A stretch of DNA of 64,000 nucleotides, taken from the NCBI GenBank assembly GCA_965112155.1, contig OZ218098.1; one strand, written 5' to 3'. Position 1 is the stretch's first letter. Every line of letters begins with the position of its first letter. The translations under genes and the position numbers were made by a program. Origin of the DNA: Podarcis liolepis (lineage: Eukaryota). Shown one piece after another: positions 35,154 through 47,298 of this stretch. The notes beneath the pieces were generated by a model that worked only from the letters and a program-made list of their open reading frames with translations, ran no database searches and was not told the DNA's origin.

Positions 35154-35191
35154 CTTCCTTCCTTCCTTCCTTCCTTCCTTCCTTCCTTCCT
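35154..35191. repeat. (CTTC)n microsatellite
   Basis: Read directly from the sequence. Confidence 0.95.
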
Positions 35192-38100
35192 GATCCTACT
35201 GTTGCCTTTCTGGGCAGGCAAGCAGTGGCAAGAGTGAGAAACTGGAACAGCATCTTCCACCTCCCTCCTGATGTTCTTTCTGGGAACACTGGACCCAGAG
35301 GGAGTGTGTCACTGAATGGGCAATGGTGACTATGGTGAAGAGGTGGGCCAACTCAGAGAGGTCTGATAGAAAGTATGGATTGAGCAATGTGAGCCACCAT
35401 ATATTGGGGGGGGGGGACCTTCCCTTCTATGTTGTTGAATTTTAAGATAACTGTCTCACATTAAGACAACACTGCTTTACTTAATAATTTAATTTGATTC
35501 ATGGATGTAAATTTTCAAGTAAAGCCTAACCTAACAGCAACTTGGCCTATGAGCAGCCACTGCAAGCACCAGAAACGACTAGACTAACAGTCTAGCTGTC
35601 AATATGTTGCACCAGCTGAAGCTTCTGGACCAAGCCCAATGGTAGCTCCACATAACATGTATTGCCACTGTCCACAGGGCTGGACAATAGTTCTGTGGCA
35701 GCTGCTGGGTTGAAGACAGCTGTCTAGCCTGTGTGCTCAGGTAGCTGGCCTTTGAAACAACAGTCTGAGACCAGCGGTGTCTATACTTGCTGCTGCACCT
35801 CCGACTTTTCAACTTAGACATTTCAGATTAATAGTATTGTGTTGCTGTTGTTGCTTTAACAAAATCATCCTAAGTCTGCAAAGCTCTCTCCCTGATCCGC
35901 TCCCCCAGACTCTAGCTGAAGGCGTCCCTGAACCTCCCATTGCTCACGGAAGTGGGAGGCAAAAACAAGATTGCTCCATCACATTTTACTTCACTGTTTT
36001 CTGTACTGCTCCATTCCGTGGCGTATGTAGCCCTGCTCCCCTTTTCACCGCATCTTCTTTTGATGTTTTAGCCCACCCCTTCCTCTCATTGGCTTAGCTT
36101 TTGCTTGTATAGTCTAGTAAGCTTTGTGGGGGTGAGCAGAGCCTGAGAGACGCAACAGGGCCAAGGAACATTGGGCAGTAAAATAAAGTCTTGATGACAT
36201 ATTTCAGATTTTGCGGACTATGGGTTATCTGATTGTCAAGGGCATTGCTATAGTCTGGGAAAGTATGAAAGAATTTGCTCCTGTTTCTGACTTTAAATGC
36301 AGAGCAAAAACATTTCAGGCCCTGGCTTCAGTTTCTTTCTATCTGCAAGTGTGCATTGTTTATGTGTTTTTAAAATGCTCAAACCTTTATCTCTCATTTA
36401 TTCTCCCTTTAATGCTGACTTCTTATGGATTGAAACTGAATGTTTTAAAAATACACATGAGACTCAGAAAATAATTGCACCACACTTAATCATTTATTCA
36501 GCATTTTCAGTTTGCCCGTAAATTACCAGTGTTCACTGCTTTTCCTCTCACAACAGTCCTGTGGGGTTGGTTACTTACTATTCCCATTTTATAACTAGAG
36601 TAAAGTGTTCAAGCATATTGCTCAAAGTATAGGAAGAAAAATATATAAATGCTGCCTGACCAGACATTTTATTGCCCTTTTCCCTTTTAAAATGTTTATT
36701 TGGGGGGGGCATGCTATTGGGTTGTTGTTTTATTTTGATTATATATTTCATGGTTTTATATTTTGATTTTGTTCTGTGAACCGCCCTGAGACCTCCAGGT
36801 ATATAAATTCAATAAATAATAAATAATAACACTTTGCAGTTTGCACCAGATCACAGCGGGCATACATTACTCAAGTGTTGTGTGCGTCCATGTCCTTCTG
36901 ATCCGATGGAACTGAACCGTACTCAACTATCTTACGTAGCTTTCCTCTTTCTGGAAATAACACCCCTAGTAAGCAGTGATTATGCTAGACCCCTTTCCCA
37001 GCTGAGGAGAACTATAAAGAGCCAGGGTGAGTTGAGGGGAGGCGCTTAGAAAAGTGGGGGCCCCAGCTGAAGTTCAAGCTGGCTAGATGATAGTGTGGCA
37101 TAAGAAACAGAGTGTTGTTATACCGGGGGGGGGGGGGGGGGGAGAGACCAAGATCAGAATTCCTTTTTCAGCCACAAAGCTTGTTGACTTTAGGCTTCTT
37201 TTTATATATCATTCTAACCTACCCGTTGGAAGGTTAAATAATGCTGCTCCTTGTTTTGAAGTTATCTGACCTGCCATCACCGTCTCTGATTTTGTGTCCT
37301 TCGATCATCATTCTTTCATGTTACGTCCTCCATTGCTGGCGGTTTGGGGTGAGCTGCCTTGAGCGCTGTTCTTCAGTGGAAGCATGGGATATAGGTAGTA
37401 ACTATGAAAAACAAACAAGGCAAGGACCCTAAAAGCTATGGGAGTGTTGGACTAGGACCTGAAGAGTAGATTCCAATGCTCTCTTGGCCATGGAATTTAC
37501 GAGGTGACCTTCAGCCAGCCACTGGTAGACAGATGAAAAATACAATGGAGAGGTACTTTCCATTTTCCTATTTTCCGATTCACCTCTTGGCCAAACATCT
37601 CCTAAGGTAGGTCTCACTAAAGTACCTCTCACCAAAACACCTTTGCCCACGCCAGCTGGGGCTGACTGGAACTGAAGTCCAACAACATCTGGGGAGCACC
37701 ACGTTGGCTACCCCTACATGCATCAAAGTCAAGAAAGACCTGGTTAGCGTCTCTCTTTTTGCAATCAAATGTGTTGCAGGCATCATTGTGGACAGGCTAA
37801 GTGCTCTGAAGGCTTTTCGGAGCTGCTGTGCCTTTCCTTAACAAGCTTCCAGTTCATACATCCTGCCCAATTTCTTGTAGCCTAGGGAATATGTTGTAGC
37901 TGAGGCATCAGCGGAGAGAAGCTTTAATTACTGTTTCCCCCTTACGTTCTGTATGCTAGTTCAATATAAAAATGTCAAGGAAAAAATGTGAGGAAATCAG
38001 TAATTAAAGCCTACTCCCTACGGGCCAGAAACTGACGTGAGGGCAATTAACAGTGCAATCTTATACAGTACAGGTCTACTCTGAAGAAATCCCCGCTGTG

Positions 38101-41100
38101 TTCACTGGGACCCCCAGATAAGAGTGTATAAGACTTCAGAGATTCTTCCAAAGACAAATAAAAGTGCTCATCACTAATTCCCCAGCCACGCTCAACAGGA
38201 AGCAACAATACACAGGACCTTGGAATTTTAAGTTAAGATTGGAAAGGACCTTTGTTGAGCTGGACTTCCTTGTGAGTAGTCAGAGGAGGATTTGTGTGGC
38301 AAAAGCACTGCTGGAGGACATAGCACTGTATTCTGTGCTAGTGCTGAATTTCTGGGTGCTTCTAGACACCCTGTTTTCCTGGGCATTCATCCTGATTTGT
38401 TTGGAAGGAGGTTAGATGATGTTGGCTTACCTCACAGGGAGGTTAGACAACGCTGGGCCAAAGCGTGTGCTAGCCCACAGTTTCCAGTGGATTTTCCTGT
38501 CACTTTCCTTATTGCCAAAAAGGGGGGGGGTAATTTTGGGGTGGAGCTGGTTCATTGCGCAAGACCTCCCAATCAACTATCATTGTGCAACTTAAATTTG
38601 CTGGTATAAAAGGAATCCCACCCCAAAACAGCAACAGTCTAGAAGCACCATCCATTTAAATGCCACTGCCTTGGTTGCATTCTAGTATGGAAGCCTTCAA
38701 AAGCTATCTCTTTTTCAAAAACACATTTCTAGCTTATCTACCACAGCAATTTTCAACTTTTAAATTCTTTGTACAAATACCTGAGAATATGGTTGAGAGG
38801 CAGTGTAATTATTATTATTATTATTATTATTATTTTGTTTTGTTTGTTTGTGCCATTTATGTAGGTTGCTCAGTAACACCATTTTTCTGGGTGGTTTGCT
38901 GGCCTGGACTTATTTGGGAGAAAGGATATAAATTCATTAATTATTCACTTCACTATTATTCTTCTATAAAATGATAAACAATATTTTATTTATGTGTGGG
39001 GTTTTTTAAATGAAAAGTGTATGTGTGCTTTGCTTGAAATGCTGAAAAACTACTGTATTTTCAAAGATTTGCTGTGAACTGGATTCCCTTATATGTGCAA
39101 ACATCACAATACATACATTATTTTGTGGATGGGATACACATGCACACATGGTATCCTAATAAGTGAAAATTGGTTATTCTGGGCAATTCAGAATTTTATT
39201 TCAAATTTAAAAGAGATAGACAAATAGGTGCATATAAGGCCATCAAACAACCCCACCTAGGCTGTACAGTGATTCCTATGTGGAAGGACTTTCCATAGAG
39301 CTTTGTCATTTTGAAGCAGCCCTCATGCACTTCATAAACTTGAGTCTGAATGGCACGTCATGCTAAAAACATCCAATAATAACTTTCACAGACCATTAAG
39401 TTTTAAAGGTACAGTGTAAGAGTTTATTACAAAGGGACTTGGTTGGGGTGTTGGACTTTTCAAATATCAGCATGTGCTTTAAGCTAGAACGTGGGCTTTC
39501 CCCAAGGGAGTTATTTGTCCTGAAGTATGAGGTAAGATTTTGCTTTGGTTTTATATTATTTATGGTCTGAAAAAGACTGCCTTTGCCTTGCACTGTCTGT
39601 TGCAATGAAACCAGAAATCCAGCAGGAAAGGAGCAGAATATGGGGATTTACACGGCAAGATGTGAATGAAAAAGCCCCCCCCCCAAGTGCACAGTATTGT
39701 TGCTTCTAATCTCTACTCTAGAAATGTAAGCATTGTAGTACCAAGGCTTGACAAAATGTTTTTCCTCCTCTTGATGTCTGATGTGTACATTAAAAAGTTG
39801 CCAGTACCATAACGTACAGCAGGGTTGGGGAAGCTGTGGCACTCCAAATGCTGCTAGACTGCAGCTTCCATCATCCTAGACTTTTGGGTCATAATATCTG
39901 AAGATAATGGGGGTTAGAGGTGACAACAGCTGGAGGGCCACAGGTACCCCACTCTTGCCCTAGGGAAACACTTGCTAGCATTTAGCTCCTGTGGAGGAGC
40001 AGTCTTGAGCTATGCACACACTATACTTCTGAAGCACCTTCAAAACACATTCTTTCCCCCCACCCAAAGAATTCTCAGCCCTATAATCCCAAAGAAACTC
40101 AACCTCTCTCCCTCTAGCTGGCATGGTTCTGGAGAAAGTCACTCACTGATCCAAAGACCTTCAAGCTCATGACCTTGAGTTGAATGACTTTCCAGTGTGA
40201 ATAAAGAGGGCTGGACCTCATCTTGCATCATACCTGATTATGGGCCAAGCTGGCTGGGGGTGGGGGTGGGGAGTTGGAAGCCATCAATATCTGGAGGGCC
40301 ACACATTCTCCATTCCTGGTGGAGTGGAGTGTCAAAGGAACGAAGGCCCCAGAATCCCCCAATGCACATGACATGTATTGTGGTAGTGATTGTTATATGT
40401 GTAGAAGACCTAGGGGCAGCCCGGAATATTTTGCCACCTGAGGCGAAGTGGGAAGGGGCCACCCCTGCTGAAACCTGCTTACCGGGGTTGTGTGACTCTG
40501 GTGGTAGCAGCAAGTTTCAGTCTTTAGGGCCGGCCCTGAAAAGACCTTTCACGAGGAAAGTAGTTTTACTCTTTTTAAATATGTTTTGTACACCCATTCT
40601 CTCCCCCATTCCGGAAGCATGGAACTTCATTTTGACATACAAAAGAGAAAAGAAAATGTTTCCAACCTTCTTTGCACAAAATTGAGATAAACAGAAGACC
40701 AATTGGGGAGGTTTGAGAGGTCATGCAGGCGCATTCCTAACCAGGGAACTATCAGGTAAAGGAAGATTAGACACTCTTGCAATAGAGTTTATCAGGGATG
40801 GTTAAACACCTTTACATACTTCTTCAACCCCTAACAACAACAACAGCATTTTTGACTATGGTCAAAAGGCTAAGCAAAATTTCCAATCACCGGTGAAACA
40901 ACAGGCATGTTGAAATGGAAGCCAAATGTGAACTGAGTTCCTTATCTCCCTTCTAAATAGTTCTGTGTCAATGTACATAGGCATTCCAACTCAGCCAAAC
41001 AATAATAGAGGCTCTTGGGAATATTAGGGGTAAGAGCCCACTGTCTCCTAGTGCCCTCTCTTTTCCTTTCGCCTATCTTTGCTCACCCTCACCTGCCCAT

Positions 41101-42919
41101 CCGAAAAGGTGACATATTTATCCCAGAATGCTGCTGTTCACATGATTTGCACATATCCAACCCTTTAGTGATTTTGTAAAACTTGAAGGCAGGTACCATC
41201 ACCTTTAAGCAGGTCCTAAAAACTTATTTGTTCATTGTGACTTTCTCACAATATTATTGGGATGCTGTATTATTGGTGCTGCTTTTATCTCTACTTCGGT
41301 TATTACATTTGTATGTTTTTACTGGCCCTAGGGTTTTAAGGTCATTGCTGGTTCCTGTTGATTCATCGTCATGTTTTCTTCATTTCATTATATTTCTATA
41401 TTGCTCGTATTCTGTTGGAAGTCACCTTGGGTTGGTTTTGTCCTAAAAAGGCAGCTTATATATTCCTTAAATGAATAAATCTAAAGTGAAGATGGTGAGA
41501 CAAAGATTGTCCCAGTTCAAAAGAGGTGTTTTGTGCTTTTTAAAAATAACAATAAAAATAAAAGGTCGACAATATGTTCGTCAGCCACTTTACCTTCATG
41601 TTTTAAGAGACTACTCAGGGTTCACCAGCAGCTTCTTCACTGACTTGGTAAGTAGCCGTGACGCTACTGTCGGGAGGCCATTTTGATGTGCCACCGACCA
41701 TTCCTGTTATATATTTTCAGCAGCAAAGTATATGTGAATGCATTCGTCACACATGACAATGCATGCCATTTTCAAAATGCAAGTGCTTTCTAGTTCCCAG
41801 TGATCTGACACATACTATTTAGGCTGACATGTGATGAGAAGCTTCAATATTTTTTAAAAATTAGTTTTTATTCATATAATTGTATTTTTTTAAAAAAATG
41901 CATTACATAAGGCTAATTCATTAATTCATTAATTAAATCCATTGTTAAGCTTTCTTCAGAATTTGTTTTACCATCCAGATGTTGGGAGATTTGTTTTACT
42001 TTGAAATGTATCAGCTTCATGAAAAAGAAACCAGGCCTATGCAAATAGTAGAGGCTAGTCAAGAAGCAGGAATGAAGAAGCAAAACGCCTGGAGTTTCCC
42101 ATGGCCCAAAAGTGACTCCCTCCCTGGCTTTGAATAGCCACAGGTATGCCGTTAATTTTCAGTCCTCTGGCCAGAAGGCTATAAAATGTCTTTTCATCTT
42201 CTGTTATGTAAGTATCTACCATATAAGAAGGCTGTTATTACAAAGGCAACCACACTGAAAAAGGTTTCATTTACTTGGAATATCTGCATTAGAGGGTTGT
42301 GATGTTTCCTTGTGCTTTCGAGGTTGCCGAGTCGCTTGTGGAGAGGGGAACATGGCACATATTTCAATAACATGTTGAAACTGAGTAACTCCAAAGTGGG
42401 GATGTTCTTGGGAGCGCAGATGTTATGAATGATGGTCTGTATCTCACTTCAGGTAGGTTCCACATAACTTTCTGAAGATAAACAAACACTGCATGAAACT
42501 GGGTTAGAGGCATGGATCAGCCCACAGAAAGCTACTCTGAGTGTTAGACTGTGACCAGGGAGATCTGGGTTCAAATCCTCAGTCAGCCATGATGCTCACT
42601 GGGTGAACTCTCAGTATCTAAACTAACAAAGTGATGTTTAGTGTGGGAGAAGACCATGGAACCTAATTTCCTGAAAAAAAAGCAGGCACTAATGGGCTGT
42701 TCACAAGCTCGCCACTCATATCCCACAGCCAAGGAGGAGGAGTGCGACTGTTCACACTGGCCTTACCCTCCATGTCTATGCATCTTCTGGCCTTAACTTC
42801 TGAGATCTACAAAATCAGTATAAACATTGGCAAGGAGGACTTGCACAAATACTGCTGTCCATGTGCAGGGTCTCCTTGCAGATGTTCTACAGTACAATTG
42901 AATATTGGGGTAGAAAGTA

Positions 42920-43160
42920 CAGTGGTACCTCGGTTTACGAACTTAATCCATTCTGGAAGACCATTCTTAAACCGAAACCGTTCTTAAACTGAGGTGTTCT
43001 TTCCCTAATGAGGCCTCCCGCCGCCGGTGCCCTTCCACCATTCGGATTCCGTTCTTAGACAGAGGTAAAGTTCTCAAACCAGGACACTATTTCCGGTTTT
43101 GTGGAGTTTGTAAACCAAATCGTTCTTAAACCGGACTGTTCTTAAACCGAGGTACCACCA
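42920..43160. mobile_element. Tc1/mariner (Tigger/pogo-like) MITE
   Basis: TA flanks; TIR CAGTGGTACCTCGGTTTA / TAAACCGAGGTACCAC; internal GTTCTTAAAC subterminal repeats. Confidence 0.88.
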
Positions 43161-43683
43161 TATATGGATGTCTTGGGTGGTAATGAAATATTCTCATTGA
43201 CAATGAGAGCAAGAAAATGTCCTATACAAAATGTCCAAGACATTTTGCTGCCTGAGGCAAAGGAGAAGATGACCACCTCCCCACCCCCATTCTATGTATA
43301 GAAGCCAATTGGACTGGTGCTTGAAGCTTGCTTCAGCAGTGGCAACTGGACAGTGCTTTTCACCATACTGGTGGGCAGAAGGCTAGATTAGCAAGTGCAG
43401 GGTAGCCCCATGACTACCCTCTTGTACCTCCCCACCACTCCCTGCTTCCCAGCATCTGCTGCCTGAGGCAGCTCCCTCACTTTCCCTAATGGTAGTGCCT
43501 GTTGCCATGACTGTCCCATTTTCTTCTCATTGTTTGGTGCATCAGAATATTTGTTTATGTGACAGTGTGAAAGAAATATGAAGAAATGATATGATTAATT
43601 TGAATTGTTCTTTGTAAGATGCTTCCAGGATAACTAAGAATATATTCCCAAACTGATATTGTTATTATTATTATTAAAAATAT

Positions 43684-43930
43684 ATTTTTTTATTAAATTT
43701 TCTGTTTTACAATTTCAAATAAACATTTTACATACCTAAGATATCAATGACTTCTCTTCCATGCTTCATTTTACATATCTTATATCCCTGCATATTTTAC
43801 AAAAACTATACCAATCGGTTTTCCATTATTGCATCCATCAAAACTTATTTGACCTGTTGATTTTACCTTAATGCGTTTTCAGCAGTACACAGTTATTTTC
43901 CATATATTCAATAAACCTTTTCCAATTATT
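43684..43930 (-). mobile_element. Short L1-clade 3' end
   Basis: Minus strand gives NNWKRFIEYMENNC...stop, followed by an AT-rich UTR, AATAAA and an A tail. Confidence 0.65.
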
Positions 43931-46602
43931 ATAGCTTTTGTGGTTCTTAAGACTTGCATCTGATAACAAATATTGAGTATTAGTTAATAGCGGCTTAAAA
44001 ATATAAATTAATATAGACAGTCCATGTGTCCAAATAGGAATCTAAAGGAGATTGATGATTAAATGTATATGTTCAAATGTAGAAAGGGCAGTGAGGACGT
44101 CAGAGACTGAAAAGTAGATGTGAATGTTTATCCTTTCAGGCTCGCAATATAAATCTCCTTGCAAACATGAGAGATCTCGGGGTCCACTTTCATTGTCCAT
44201 CTGTTCACCCCACCACCACCACAGGAACATAATTTTAAGAGTATAATACTGTGTGAACATTCACAAATATAAAGGAGTTTTGGAAAATCAATGTTCGGTT
44301 ATTTCAGTGGTAAATTATACAATAAAACCATGAAATTTTCCTAGCAGCTATATTATCATCATCAGTATCATCCTTCTTGAGGTGCCTGGGCATTGACAGG
44401 TAGTATGGTCTACCTCTGAGAAACAGAAGTCTGATATGAACATAGCCACAAGAACAGTTTTGTGAACCACAGCATTTACAAAATTCTTGTGACTATTCTG
44501 ACTTCCCTGTCATTCAGGGGACCAAAAACAATGCGTGGCTTTTAAGGTTCCAAAAGTCAAGTGTTGTAGCTGTCATGAGAGCTTGTATGCCTAAAAAGTA
44601 AAATTATATCCCAGTCAAAACAGCTATTCAGACTGACATCAAAGAGGGAAAAATGTGTTCAGGTCAGGGAGTTTAATTTCCATAGCTCTCATACTTTGAT
44701 TTCTCATGAAGTGTACAGTAATGACTCAAATGGCCGTGGGCAATATTGTAATCAGAGCTTATTGTGGATAACGTGAAAATGCAGCAGAGGTCTCTCTTTA
44801 ATAATGATCCTAGCCCAAGATTGTTGAAAGTGACTGGTGACCTGGGATGCCTTCATTGTTTCTATGTCTGCTTAAAGCACTTCAAGGTTGGGGTTTAATT
44901 TTTATTATTAAGAAATTAGGATTTCCAAGATAGAATTTAAAATACGGTAGATGGTTCAAGACTTTCTGAAAATCAAAGCCTTGAAAATTTGGTACCTTGA
45001 GTGAATGCATGTTCTGTTCAGGAAATGAGAGCCTCAGGAAGGGGAAGATCTTAATTTAAATTTAAGTGTTAATTTAATATTTAATTTTCCAGGTTCTCTC
45101 TCACTCACTCTTTCTCCATATATATTCATTTGTATTTCACTCTTTCTCTGAGTGATTCTTGGGTGGGTGGTGGAAAGAAGTCTGAGGTAAATGAGGCCAA
45201 GAGTTTATGACTGGTCCAAAGCCATCCAGTAAGCCAAAATGAGATTTGATCCCAGGTTTCATAGCACTCAAGCAAATAGTTTCTCTGTCTAGAGGGCTGG
45301 CCAGTCCAAGTCTAGTTTAAAGATAAAAGAACCACAAGAAGGAACAGGATGGGCCTTGAAGCTGCCCATCAACAGTTAGTACCTGGGAAACAAATTGAGC
45401 AGGCACACACCTGGTCATGGTCTTTCCCAACTATGGTGAGATGCATAGTATTCATTTCTTTATTAAAACTTAAATTTAAATATATGTATATACATATAGA
45501 TACAAAATAGCTATACTTGTTTTATTTTACAGCATATCTTAATCACATACATTTATATTTTAACGTTTTGATAGCATCACCTTATGTATTTTAATTATGG
45601 TGTAGTTTTAATTATTCTGTGCAATGTTGTGCAATTGTTGTCTTTTTTTTGGCAAACCACTTAGATGTCATCTTGACATTAAGCATATAACTAAATGTAT
45701 ATAAATAAATGATCATATTAATATAAATTAGTACAAGGAAATTCTATTCCAGTCGGTGTCCTTTTATGCTTTCTTTTGGCGATGTACCACCTCCATTACT
45801 CTATATGAGGAACACTGTATCTGCCAAAATGCTTTATTTTAGTGCCCTAGTGATGCAAAAATATGGGGAAAGGAATGATCTTATCAGCAGAACCTGGCAA
45901 TACCCTATACATAGAGCTGAAGGCATAATTCCTTCAGTTTCTAATCATGGATATTTCTTCCAAAGTTACCTGCAAAGGATGCTCTATGCTTTATGGGCCC
46001 AATGGACCTGTGTGTTCTCATACAGCTAATGTGTGGCTGGGAAGAGCATTTGACAAGTATAATCAGAGAGAGCAGAGGTGGGAAGCTTAAACTTTCACAT
46101 GCCTGCTAATCCTTCCCTACGAGTCCCTTCTACCAGACCTTTATTTCTTTCCCTACTTTAAACTCTTTTATCGCAGACAGGATCCCTGAGTGGAAGAAGC
46201 CACATGGCAGAGAAAAGAATTTTTGTGGCTGAACCATTACACAAACCGTACCAGCGGTAAAAGCAAAAGCATTATAGATCTTATATTATATTGTATGAAT
46301 GATCACACATAATAATAAACGATACATAACGATCATTTAACGGCTATGGTAATTTATGTAAGTGGCAGAAAGTGGATTTGATGCATGAACCGATCATGAT
46401 TCCAGTTAATGGGTAGTTAGAAGTTGAAGTCATGATGAGATCTGTCCTCTTCTGAAAACTACATGCAAAATTCACCCCTCAGTTCTGTTGGGGGAGGGTG
46501 CACAGGGGAGGAGAGGCAGTGCCAATGTGTAAACCGAAGACCTTGTGCTGACAGGACAACTTTGTTGGATCCAACCCTTGGTGTAGTGTAACAGGGTGAT
46601 GT

Positions 46603-47298
46603 TGTTGTGTATTGTTAAGAATTCGGGCAAGTCGGAGTAGGCTGTGTGCTGATACCCTTCCAATCCTGGGCTCTCGCAAGTGTTAAAATATAAGCAAGGA
46701 TTAAAATTCCCAGAATTCCTGGTGCGGTGATAGTCTAGGTCAGGCATAGGCAACCTTTGGCCCTCCAGATGTTTTGGCCTACAACTCCCATGTTCCCCAG
46801 CTAACGGGACCAGTGGTCAGGGATGATGGGAATTGTAGTCCAAAACATCTGGAGGGCTGAAGGTTGCCTATGCCTGGTCTAGGTAACAGGCCATTAAGGG
46901 CAACAAAGGAAGTGGATCTGTGCCAGATGACACATGGGTGGGCTGGGTGATCTGGGGGTTGGGAGCCCTCCTTCAAGTGGCTGCTAGTTAGAAAGACAAA
47001 GGTGAGAGTTGAGAAATGTGAGCTAGGAGCAGGAAGCAACAGGCTGAGAAGTCAGAGAGTCAGAACGATGTTTGAATCCAAGGCTGTGGCTATGGGGGAA
47101 GCAAGGCCCTCTTGGAGTGTTCCTGCTGTGAGCCCCTCCATCACAGGCTCAGGTTATGTATATGTGCAAATAAACCATATATCATAACGATACCACAGTC
47201 TCCTTTGTACCTCATTCTGAAGGAAACACAAAAACCTGGGTAAGAGCCTGGAACCCCTGGAATCTCGCACCCCTCAGAGATAGGCGTGGCATGCAACA
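46603..47298 (+). mobile_element. Probable solo LTR
   Basis: TGTTG...CAACA termini, internal AATAAA at 47169-47174, near 4-bp TSD ATGT/GTGT; no internal coding sequence. Confidence 0.7.
46741..46876. mobile_element. hAT-type MITE (136 bp) nested in the solo LTR
   Basis: Perfect 17-bp TIR CAGGCATAGGCAACCTT and 8-bp TSD GTCTAGGT at 46733-46740 and 46877-46884. Confidence 0.92.
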
